Positions 56,407 to 64,000 of a stretch of 64,000 nucleotides of DNA are shown here, one piece after another (the stretch's first letter is position 1; every line of letters begins with the position of its first letter). The stretch lies in assembly GCA_043797125.1 (NCBI GenBank), contig JAZDPX010000038.1, positions 68,071 to 132,070 of the forward strand. The letters are read 5' to 3'. The position numbers and the translations under genes are program-made. The notes beneath the pieces are model-generated. The model saw only the letters and a list, made by a program, of their open reading frames with translations. It did not search any database and was not told the DNA's origin. This stretch comes from Candidatus Omnitrophota bacterium (lineage in GTDB: Bacteria; Omnitrophota; Gorgyraeia; JABMRG01; JAFGKX01).

Positions 56407-58320
56407 AAAAATAGTTTTTCGGAAACCTTTTTTAGTAGCCTCCTTTTCCTTAAATTCCTCAATTGCAGCCCTTAAAAGGCGGCAGTATAAATCAAACCCT
56501 ACTGCCATCACATAACCATGCTGCTGCGCCCCGAGCAGATTGCCGGCGCCGCGTATCTGTAAATCCTCCATTGCTATTTTAAAACCTGAACCTAAATCAA
56601 TAAACTTGCTTATCGCGCTGAGCCTGCGGCGCGCGTCAGAACTCAATATAAAGGCCTTCGGCGTTAAAAAATAGGCATATGCCTGCCTTTTAAACCTGCC
56701 GACCCTGCCTCTAAGCTGGTACAGGTCTGCCAAACCAAATTTGTCAGAGTGGTTCACTATTAATGTATTTGCATTTGGTATGTCTATGCCGGATTCGATT
56801 ATCGTGGTAGATACCAGCACGTCAATCTGGTGGTTTATGAATTTAACCATGACCGATTCCAAAGCCTTTGGCGGCATCCTTCCGTGCGCAACCGCAATTC
56901 TAGCTTCTTGGCCCGCAATATCCTGTATGTTCTGGGCTATTTTTTCTATACCCTTTATCCTGTTGTTAACAAAATACACCTGCCCTTTTCTTGCCAACTC
57001 CCTTGAGATAGCTTCCTTAATCAGTTCATGGGAATATTCAGCCTCAATTGTCTTTATCGGCAGCCTGTTCATAGGAGGAGTATTTATAGTCGACATATCC
57101 CTTGCTCCCATAAGCGACATATATAACGTTCTGGGTATGGGAGTTGCGGTCATCGTAAGAACATCTACAATAAGCCTGAGTTTTTTAAGCTTTTCCTTAT
57201 GTCTTACCCCAAAGCGCTGTTCTTCATCAATAATAACAAGCCCCAGGTCTTTAAAGCGTACATCATCCGAGACTAAACGATGCGTGCCTATGATTATATC
57301 TACCTTGCCCTCGCCTAAATCTTTAAGTATGGCTGCCTGCTGTTTTTTTGTTTTAAACCTTGAAAGCATTTGCACATTTACGGGAAATTCCTTCATCCTT
57401 TTTACAAAAGTGTTATAGTGCTGCTCAGCCAGAATCGTGGTCGGCACCAATATGGCAACCTGTTTATTATCCATGACAGCCTTAAACGCGGCCCTTAAGG
57501 CAACTTCTGTTTTTCCGTAGCCAACATCGCCGCATAAAAGCCTGTCCATTGGCTTGGGCATCTCCATATCCTGCTTAACCTCACAGGATGCCTTTGTCTG
57601 GTCTATTGTATCTTCATATTCAAACTCGCTTTCCAGCTGCTTTTGCCAATCGCTGTCTTTTGAAAAAGGAAAACCCTTTAGTTTCATCCTGGCTGCCTGA
57701 AGATCCAACAATTCAATTGCGTAGGAAGCGACAGCGCGCTTGGTCCTGTCTTTTATTCTCTGCCATTGCCTGGTGCCGAGTTTGCTAAGCCTGGGCGGCC
57801 TTTTGTAAAAACTTATGTATTTTTGCAGAAGGTGTATTTCCTCGGCAGGAACATACAGCCTGTCATCGCCGGCATATTCAATAACCACATAATCTTTTTT
57901 TTGTTTTTTTTCAGCAATAATCCCCCTGTAAATGCCTATTCCGTAATTTACATGAACAATATAATCGCCCTTTTTTAAATCAAGAAAACTTTCAATGGGC
58001 GTTTCTTCGCCTATACCGTGATATAAGCCCTTATGCCTCTTGCCGGAAGAGGGGATTATTATAACTATGTTGTGTTCGGTTGTTGAATCAGCTGTCCTTA
58101 TATTAAATGACCTTATGGCCTTTATGGTATCGTTGTCTATTTCTATGCGCAGCGGCTCCTCAAAACTGCTTGGGAATATATCTATAACTGCGCCTCTGTG
58201 CGAAAAATCGCCTTCTTCACAGACAAAATCAACATTCTCATAGCCAAAGCTGACAAACTGCTTAAGCAGCTCATCTTTTGACAATTCTTGTCCGATATAT
58301 ATTTTTATGGATTTAAACAT
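56386..58320 (-). CDS. mfd: transcription-repair coupling factor homolog, short form (lacks N-terminal UvrB-homology module and C-terminal D7)
   Basis: 644 aa. RNAP-interacting KOW-like region (YIVHVNYGIGIYRGI...DYVVIEYAGDDRLYVP). DEAD-box ATPase (GDVGYGKTEVA, DEEQRFGV). TRG-like region. Begins within GAVIDIFP block. Confidence 0.75.
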   Translation of the reverse strand: MFKSIKIYIGQELSKDELLKQFVSFGYENVDFVCEEGDFSHRGAVIDIFPSSFEEPLRIEIDNDTIKAIRSFNIRTADSTTEHNIVIIIPSSGKRHKGLYHGIGEETPIESFLDLKKGDYIVHVNYGIGIYRGIIAEKKQKKDYVVIEYAGDDRLYVPAEEIHLLQKYISFYKRPPRLSKLGTRQWQRIKDRTKRAVASYAIELLDLQAARMKLKGFPFSKDSDWQKQLESEFEYEDTIDQTKASCEVKQDMEMPKPMDRLLCGDVGYGKTEVALRAAFKAVMDNKQVAILVPTTILAEQHYNTFVKRMKEFPVNVQMLSRFKTKKQQAAILKDLGEGKVDIIIGTHRLVSDDVRFKDLGLVIIDEEQRFGVRHKEKLKKLRLIVDVLTMTATPIPRTLYMSLMGARDMSTINTPPMNRLPIKTIEAEYSHELIKEAISRELARKGQVYFVNNRIKGIEKIAQNIQDIAGQEARIAVAHGRMPPKALESVMVKFINHQIDVLVSTTIIESGIDIPNANTLIVNHSDKFGLADLYQLRGRVGRFKRQAYAYFLTPKAFILSSDARRRLSAISKFIDLGSGFKIAMEDLQIRGAGNLLGAQQHGYVMAVGFDLYCRLLRAAIEEFKEKEATKKGFRKTIFYTDDRR

Positions 58321-58340
58321 CTGGTAGGAGTATGGTTTTT

Positions 58341-58377
58341 CGACTCAACTATCGACTATAGACCATCGACTATCGGC
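58341..58377 (-). promoter_or_regulatory. shared 5'-UTR motif, copy upstream of mfd
   Basis: cgactcaactatcgactatagaccatcgactatcggcc, ~21 nt upstream of the mfd start codon. Confidence 0.4.
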
Positions 58378-58381
58378 CAAT

Positions 58382-60082
58382 CTACATCTTCTCAGGCACG
58401 GAAATGCCCAAAACCTCAAGCGCGTTTGATATTGTAGTCTTTATGCATTTAACCAAGAAAAGCCTTGTTTGCGTCAATTCATTATCTTCCGTGACAACTC
58501 TGTGAATTGAATAAAAACTGTGGAATAAAGCAGCCAATTGCAATAAATAATCCAGCACCCTGTAAGGCTCAAGCGTATTATATGCTGCATACAAAATATC
58601 CGGATATTCTCTTAGCTTCTTTAGAATATCCAGCTCTTCTTTTTCTTTTAGCAATTTAGGATCAGGTTTATTCGCTGCGCCGGATACAGCCTTTTTGCTG
58701 TGCTCCAGTATTCCGCATATCCTCGCGTGCGCATATTGTATATAATAAACAGGGTTCTCCAATGATTGCGATTTTGCCAGTTCAAGGTCAAAATCCAAAT
58801 GGCTGCTTATTTTTCGCATAAGAAAACAAACCTTTGCTACATCCGGGCCTACTTCATCAATCACTTCTCTAAGCGTTATAAACTCACCCGCCCTAGTAGA
58901 CATGCGAAGCGGTTTGCCTGCCTTGTAAATGGTTGCCAGCTGAACAATTAATATTGAAAGTGTGTGGTCTTTTTTTCCTAAAGCGCGCTGAGCAGCCTTC
59001 ATCCTCGGAATATACCCGTGATGATCAGGCCCCCAGATATCAATGAGCCAGTCAAAGCCCCTGTCGTATTTATCTTTATGATAGGCAATATCAGGGGTTA
59101 TATATGTATATGAGCCGTCGCTTTTTATAAGCACCCTGTCTTTATCATCAGCAAAATCAGTGCTCTTAAACCACGTAGCGCCTTCTTTTTCATAAGAAAG
59201 TCTGTTTTCTTTTAGGAATGAAAGTATTTTCTCGATCTTTCCTGATTTAGCCAATACCGCCTGTGATGCGTAGTTATCAAATACAACGCCTATATTGGAA
59301 AGGTCCTTTTTGATTGTGGCGAGTATGCAATTTATCCCGTAATCGCTGAAAAAAGTTTTTTCTTTCTCGTTATATGCCTTAAACTTATCGCCGTGTTTAT
59401 CATATATTTCCTTTGCAATATCTTTTATATAATCTCCTTTGTAACCGTCCTGCGGAAATTCGAAATGCAGGCCTGCCTGCCGGCAGGCAGGGCCTGCCAG
59501 CTCTGCATATCTCGCATATATGGAGGCGCCTAATAAATTAATCTGGTTTCCCTCGTCATTAAGATAATATTCCTTATAAACATTCCAGCCGAAAAATTCC
59601 AGGATATTGCTTAGGGCATTACCGACAACAGCCTGCCTTGCGTGCGCAACAGTCAAAGGCCCTGTTGGGTTTGCGCTTACAAATTCAATAATAGCCTTTT
59701 TCCCATTTACCGGCGCAAGGGGCCTGCCGAAGTTTTTTACCTCATGATCTATCCTGTGCAGTATTTCATAAAAAGCTCTATCTGACAGGAAAAAATTTAT
59801 AAATCCCGGCTGCTCGACTGAAATTTCTTTTACGTAATCGGATAAGGGGCTCTTAGAAATTCTTTTATTTAAATCTTCATGTATAAATGAAGCTATCGCG
59901 ATGGGCTTTGCGCCGCGGTTTGCCTTGCAAAGCTGCATTGCTATGTTTGTCGATAAATCACCGAATTTGGCAATTTGAGGAATTTCCAGTTCTGCAGCGG
60001 GAATTTCCTTAAAATTAAACTCTTTTGCGGCATTATCAACCGCCTGCTTAAGCAAACTTATAATTTCGTTATTGATATTCAT
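58382..60082 (-). CDS. argS: arginine--tRNA ligase
   Basis: SANPTGPLTVAHAR (HIGH-type) and C-terminal DALR anticodon-binding region. Confidence 0.95.
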   Translation of the reverse strand: MNINNEIISLLKQAVDNAAKEFNFKEIPAAELEIPQIAKFGDLSTNIAMQLCKANRGAKPIAIASFIHEDLNKRISKSPLSDYVKEISVEQPGFINFFLSDRAFYEILHRIDHEVKNFGRPLAPVNGKKAIIEFVSANPTGPLTVAHARQAVVGNALSNILEFFGWNVYKEYYLNDEGNQINLLGASIYARYAELAGPACRQAGLHFEFPQDGYKGDYIKDIAKEIYDKHGDKFKAYNEKEKTFFSDYGINCILATIKKDLSNIGVVFDNYASQAVLAKSGKIEKILSFLKENRLSYEKEGATWFKSTDFADDKDRVLIKSDGSYTYITPDIAYHKDKYDRGFDWLIDIWGPDHHGYIPRMKAAQRALGKKDHTLSILIVQLATIYKAGKPLRMSTRAGEFITLREVIDEVGPDVAKVCFLMRKISSHLDFDLELAKSQSLENPVYYIQYAHARICGILEHSKKAVSGAANKPDPKLLKEKEELDILKKLREYPDILYAAYNTLEPYRVLDYLLQLAALFHSFYSIHRVVTEDNELTQTRLFLVKCIKTTISNALEVLGISVPEKM

Positions 60083-60099
60083 GGTTTTTGTAAAAAAAG

Positions 60100-60213
60100 A
60101 ACATCAGATTACAGATTATCAGAGCGAGATTATCAGAAAATCAGATTATCAGAATTGTCTAATACTCTGATAATCTAATGCTCTCGTTCCGATTCTCTGA
60201 TAATCTGATGTTC
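60100..60213. repeat. ~115-bp hairpin element built from ATCAGATTATCAGA units
   Basis: gaacatcagattacagattatcagag ... ctctgataatctgatgttc long inverted repeat with internal sub-repeats. Lies between argS start and rsfS stop. Confidence 0.45.
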
Positions 60214-60229
60214 TAGCTTCCATATTCCA

Positions 60230-60610
60230 CTATTTATCCTTATCCTCAGCCGCTCTTATTCTTATTCTCTTTGCGTCGTTCCAAAGCCATTCGAGATTAT
60301 AAAAAGGCCTGACTTCTTCAAGAAAGATATGCACTATTATATCGCCGTAGTCCATCAATATCCATTTTGCCTCTTCTTCTCCTTCAATATGATGCGGCCT
60401 TATATTATCTTTCTTAAGGGCTTCATCAATCGCGTCGCTTATTGCCTTGGTCATCCTGCCGGAAGAGCAGCTGCATATCAGAAAATAATCGCAGAATGTA
60501 GAAACCTTGCGCACATCCAAGGCAACAACATCATATGCCTTTTTAGCCAGGGCTAAATCAGCAATGCGGAGAACAATTTCTCTGGAATTGGTCTTTTTAG
60601 CTTTTTTCAA
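60230..60610 (-). CDS. rsfS: ribosomal silencing factor RsfS (Iojap)
   Basis: VVALDVRKVSTFCDYFLICSCSS...HIEGEEEAKWILMDYGDIIVHIF. Confidence 0.85.
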   Translation of the reverse strand: MKKAKKTNSREIVLRIADLALAKKAYDVVALDVRKVSTFCDYFLICSCSSGRMTKAISDAIDEALKKDNIRPHHIEGEEEAKWILMDYGDIIVHIFLEEVRPFYNLEWLWNDAKRIRIRAAEDKDK

Positions 60611-60657
60611 AAAGATTTATAGAGGCTATACTTTGAAATGCCTGTTTGTAAGGCCTA

Positions 60658-60804
60658 TTACTTGCTGCCCATAATCCTGAACATGCTTGTTCCGCAAGTT
60701 GAACATTTGCCCTTCATTGCCTTGCGCCCGTTTTTCATTGTTACTTCTTTTCCATCCTTCATGTCTTTCTTATCTTTGCACTTCACGCAATATGCATCTG
60801 CCAT
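60658..60804 (-). CDS. small zinc-ribbon protein (48 aa, DUF5679-like), not in ORF track
   Basis: ATG at 60804 preceded by AAAGGAGGTG SD. Translation MADAYCVKCKDKKDMKDGKEVTMKNGRKAMKGKCSTCGTSMFRIMGSK has two CxxC pairs. Confidence 0.6.
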   Translation of the reverse strand: MADAYCVKCKDKKDMKDGKEVTMKNGRKAMKGKCSTCGTSMFRIMGSK

Positions 60805-60950
60805 ACAGCACCTCCTTTAAGGTCATATATATACTAATATATATAATATTTCATGCATTCTATCATACGTTGCAAATGGAGTCAATGTTTTTCGGAAGGA
60901 AAAGCATAGAGAGAGATTTTATTTTTCCCTATGCTTTATGCCCTATGCTA

Positions 60951-62777
60951 TTACGCTGCCGCATCTATTTCACGTAGCGTATTATAAACATGTATTTTTG
61001 TATTGTGTTCTGGAATAACATCAATAGGTTTTGGAGCAGCCACAATTTTCACCTTTGCATTAAATAGGCTAATTGCGTAGCCGATACGAATATTGTGCAA
61101 GAAAACACGACAATCATCTTTAAAAGTTAATTGACTAAGTCTTTTGCCTTCTAATATTCTGTGTGTGTGATTATCATCTTCGCTGCTACCGGTTTCAAAA
61201 ACTGTTACATTGCCTTCTTCATCCTCAGCAAATATTGCCCATCTTAATTCGGGCTTTATCAGCGAATCATTCTCTTCAGCAATTCCATCCAAACAATATC
61301 TTTTCTTTTCTGGGTCGTAGCCTATTACAAAATTAGTGTTGAGCTCAGGCAAGTAAAAAAGTGTGGGATAATCCGGCATTTCATCTTGTTTTTTGCCTAC
61401 AGCATAATTAGGTAAGTTCTTTGCCTGAGATCTTATGGCGGTTTTGATCTCATGTTCTAAAGAAAGGGAAGAAACTTTTGCCAACTGAGTTAATGTAAAA
61501 ATAATCGTCGATTCTGTTTTTAACTTAAAATTATTTTTTTTGGCTATTTTTGCTATATAATTCAATATGGGTAACTCGAATCCCCTAACCCCCGAATACT
61601 CCCCAAGGTCGAGCCTTATTGATAATGCCTTATCTGTTTCATTTATCTCTATAAGCACGGGGATGACCTGCTCCGGCTCATACTCCTTTGACTCCATGGC
61701 GATAGTTAATTCCAAAAGCGACTCAATCCGCTTTCCACAGAAATAAACGTCATATCCTATCAACCCTTCTTTAACATCAGGATATTCTTGCTTTCTAAGC
61801 TCGAACTCTTCTCCTTTTTTGGTGCTAAGTTTTACTGCCTCACTAAAATCTGCAATAATTTTTTCTATAGTCAGTATCTCCCAAAATCGCCTGTAAATAT
61901 TTTGCACTCCTAAATCGAGAATAACTTTATCCTTACTTTTTCCGCCAAGTCCGCCTCTTAATATATCGTTTAACTTATCCTTAAAAGCTGACAACTCCAT
62001 GCCCGGCTCGTATTGGACTGCCTTGAAACGCAGATTTAAAGCCCTTTTTACGTTCTCCTGCCTGTCATCGATAAACACGGACTCTTGCGCTTTTGCGCCC
62101 GCTTCAACAAGCGCTTTTGCGTATATTTTCTCATCGGGCTTGTTCGCTTTGGCCTCGCAGGAAAAGGTGCAGCTATCAGCCAACTCAAATATCTCTTTAA
62201 AAGCGACTTTTATATAATCGAGCGAGTCTTTATCCAGGTTTGAAATAATCCCTATTTTGTATCCCGCTTCTTTTAATTGCCTCATAATTTTTACCATTGG
62301 CCGGTTCATCCAGAATATCTTCGCAACATGTTCGTAAAATACATCATAACTAATAAGATCTTTTCGGTTCTCTATTCCTAAATCCTTAAGGCTTTGCTCG
62401 TAGAACTTTTTAAAGGTGACTTTACCTGCCAGATATTGCCAAAATAATCCCTCCTGGTGATATAAAACTTCATATAACCCAAACAGAATATCGTAAACCT
62501 CCTTCTCTGTTTTTTTGCAGCGTTCGGCAATCTTCTTTGATTGCGAAGTATGCATTCTATCAAAAAACAACAGCACGTTTCCAACATCAAAAAATACCGT
62601 TTTTATCTTAGACTCTGATGCAGGCATAAATGTATATTTGCTGACCTGTCGCGCCATGGGACGCAAGGCATAGCCTTGTTGTGGCATCGCCAATGTAATC
62701 GCTATTGTTATCGTTATTAGCTTTTTCATATTTTTACTACGCGCTGGCCTCCACGGGGACAGGTTCCCGAATAGCAT
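60951..62777 (-). CDS. secreted two-domain protein: N-terminal HAD-superfamily hydrolase + C-terminal domain paralogous to neighbouring 375-aa protein
   Basis: Signal peptide (probable start MKKLITITIAITLAMPQQGYA, then LRPMA). HAD motif I FFDVGNVLL, motif II IGIISN, motif IV FIDDRQENV. C-terminal half aligns with the 62737-63864 product (RLDLGEYSGVRGFELPILNY vs RLDLGQYRWWAGLEFPILAY). Confidence 0.6.
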   Translation of the reverse strand: MLFGNLSPWRPARSKNMKKLITITIAITLAMPQQGYALRPMARQVSKYTFMPASESKIKTVFFDVGNVLLFFDRMHTSQSKKIAERCKKTEKEVYDILFGLYEVLYHQEGLFWQYLAGKVTFKKFYEQSLKDLGIENRKDLISYDVFYEHVAKIFWMNRPMVKIMRQLKEAGYKIGIISNLDKDSLDYIKVAFKEIFELADSCTFSCEAKANKPDEKIYAKALVEAGAKAQESVFIDDRQENVKRALNLRFKAVQYEPGMELSAFKDKLNDILRGGLGGKSKDKVILDLGVQNIYRRFWEILTIEKIIADFSEAVKLSTKKGEEFELRKQEYPDVKEGLIGYDVYFCGKRIESLLELTIAMESKEYEPEQVIPVLIEINETDKALSIRLDLGEYSGVRGFELPILNYIAKIAKKNNFKLKTESTIIFTLTQLAKVSSLSLEHEIKTAIRSQAKNLPNYAVGKKQDEMPDYPTLFYLPELNTNFVIGYDPEKKRYCLDGIAEENDSLIKPELRWAIFAEDEEGNVTVFETGSSEDDNHTHRILEGKRLSQLTFKDDCRVFLHNIRIGYAISLFNAKVKIVAAPKPIDVIPEHNTKIHVYNTLREIDAAA

Positions 62778-63864
62778 AGGGACAGGTTAGCGAAGCATCT
62801 GGTAAACGGTACGGTTTTCCGCTGAACGAAACTATTTTTGTTGCAGGTTTAGGTTTTACCAGCGCTTCTATACTCGTATTGTCTATCTCCAGCGCATACC
62901 CGGTAAATTCGCCGTTTATAGAAAATGTCCCGTTTGTGCTAAATTTAAAAGCCCTAAGATATTTCCCCCTAAATACGTGGCGTTGATAACCGGTTATATC
63001 TTTTCCGCCGACATCATGCACAACGATATTTCCATACTCATCTTCAATAAAAGTCATCCATGACGTATTATACCCCGAAACGTTTAGTGTGTAATATACA
63101 TTTAGCTCCTTATTATATCCCAACAATGTCGCGCTTTTTGCGGTTGTTACAAAAACAAGCTTTGCGCTTTTTAGGTTGTTGTGCCCCATGCCTCTCTTAA
63201 TCAGCCTAAGATTATCTGTATTATGTTGGGCATTTGATGTTATCTTTTCTTTAATTGCCCCATCTAAATCAAAGTCTGAAACCAGCGAAAGATAGCGCAA
63301 GGTCTGTATCTGCGTTCCGCGTGTGTGCAACCGCAGTTTATGCTGATATGCTTTATCCGCAAAATAAGCAAGTATCGGAAATTCCAGGCCAGCCCACCAC
63401 CTGTACTGGCCCAAATCCAGCCTTTCTATTGTCAACTTTGAGGCACCTATGTTTATTGTTATATATACAGGCCCGGGGTGTACGGGCTTTCCAGATACGA
63501 TAAAAAGCCCTTTGGTTTTCTGCCAGCAGATAGATCTTATTATCTCGTCATTGAAATAAATATCGTAACCAACCTGATTATTATTAAAAAATGAGTCATT
63601 CTGCTTTTTAAGGATTATTTTCCGGTTGTTCTCTGTAAACAAAGTTATTTCTCGCGGAAAAGTCGCGATGATGTCTTCCGGGAGCACCAGTTTGTAGGGT
63701 TCGATGACGCGTGTATCAAAATCATGCCCAGGAAAAACTCCCTCCGACATTGGCCGGAGTGTATTGCAGTGTAAACTGCGTGTGAAATCTAAAGCATAGG
63801 ACGAAAGCTGTACTCCGAACAAGACTGACATAGTCATATTTATAATAATAACTATTTTTTTCAT
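62737..63864 (-). CDS. secreted hypothetical protein, paralog of the C-terminal domain of the upstream HAD-fusion protein
   Basis: Signal peptide, LRPM motif. Shared blocks FIEDEYGNIVVHDVGG / FAEDEEGNVTVFETGS and KPKPATKIV / APKPIDVI. Confidence 0.55.
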   Translation of the reverse strand: MKKIVIIINMTMSVLFGVQLSSYALDFTRSLHCNTLRPMSEGVFPGHDFDTRVIEPYKLVLPEDIIATFPREITLFTENNRKIILKKQNDSFFNNNQVGYDIYFNDEIIRSICWQKTKGLFIVSGKPVHPGPVYITINIGASKLTIERLDLGQYRWWAGLEFPILAYFADKAYQHKLRLHTRGTQIQTLRYLSLVSDFDLDGAIKEKITSNAQHNTDNLRLIKRGMGHNNLKSAKLVFVTTAKSATLLGYNKELNVYYTLNVSGYNTSWMTFIEDEYGNIVVHDVGGKDITGYQRHVFRGKYLRAFKFSTNGTFSINGEFTGYALEIDNTSIEALVKPKPATKIVSFSGKPYRLPDASLTCPYAIREPVPVEASA

Positions 63865-64000
63865 AAATAGTGTTCATTAAATACTTTAATATATTGTTAT
63901 AAAAGATATAAATATTATACCATAAAAAAAGGTTCTGTCCAGCCTTTTTTTGAGGCAAATCAAAACACCTTCCTCTTGTCCTCCACACTCTTCGCAATCC

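Noticed and set aside
1-64000. CRISPR array
   Set aside because: No regularly spaced identical repeats with unique spacers. The repeated elements found are isolated palindromes or inverted pairs.

Overview
This 64-kb window is one continuous run of minus-strand genes; I find no credible plus-strand gene among about 60 CDS, and two tRNAs share the same orientation. It looks like a low-GC (about 40%) genome from an uncultivated-type bacterium, but the lineage is my inference, not something established here.

The housekeeping backbone, read from high to low coordinate:
- Start of window side: an M29-like aminopeptidase, tRNA-Thr, then nnrD-acpS-pdxJ, the c-di-AMP operon glmM-cdaR-cdaA, folP-ftsH-tilS, hppA, rnhB-rplS-trmD-rpsP, and murA-prmC-prfA-rpmE.
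- Continuing: rho, coaE-polA, mgtC, tsaD, ctpA, gatBAC, the E. coli-like ksgA-pdxA-surA block, a short mfd, argS and rsfS.

A ten-gene, translationally coupled tetrahydrofolate operon lies at 24955-34654:
- It carries fhs-fchA-folD-metV-metF (the methyl branch of the Wood-Ljungdahl pathway), an HD-GYP c-di-GMP phosphodiesterase, panB-panE, an AcsE-like methyl-THF:corrinoid methyltransferase, and a Pta-N/DRTGG ATPase.
- No CODH/ACS genes are in the window.

The accessory content I consider most worth following up:
- tRNA-Met abuts a HepT/MntA toxin-antitoxin pair, and a 39-bp att-like direct repeat sits 183 bp downstream of the tRNA.
- Next to it is a self-terminated operon of two giant secreted PD40 beta-propeller proteins (832 and 2001 aa). 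Both carry a recurring Y-A-N-G-N-A-x-T-D motif at module boundaries and a shared SALRAQSL motif after the signal peptide.
- A related LRPM leader motif follows the signal peptide in three further secreted proteins: an HExxH protein, and a tandem paralog pair one of which carries an N-terminal HAD hydrolase domain.
- A bactofilin fused to an excisionase-type HTH sits beside an HTH+TM protein.

The intergenic space contains several small repeat families. Examples are GC-rich ccccgatacttcgggg hairpins, a 26-bp perfect palindrome, a roughly 100-bp cacagatgatc hairpin element present twice in inverted orientation 10 kb apart, and shared 5'UTR motifs. Several of these overlap or supply the 3' ends of adjacent ORFs. 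Coding regions carry a heptanucleotide SSR in prmC and a tandem terminator-like 19-mer in tilS.

All product calls rest on motifs recognised by eye. No database search was possible.
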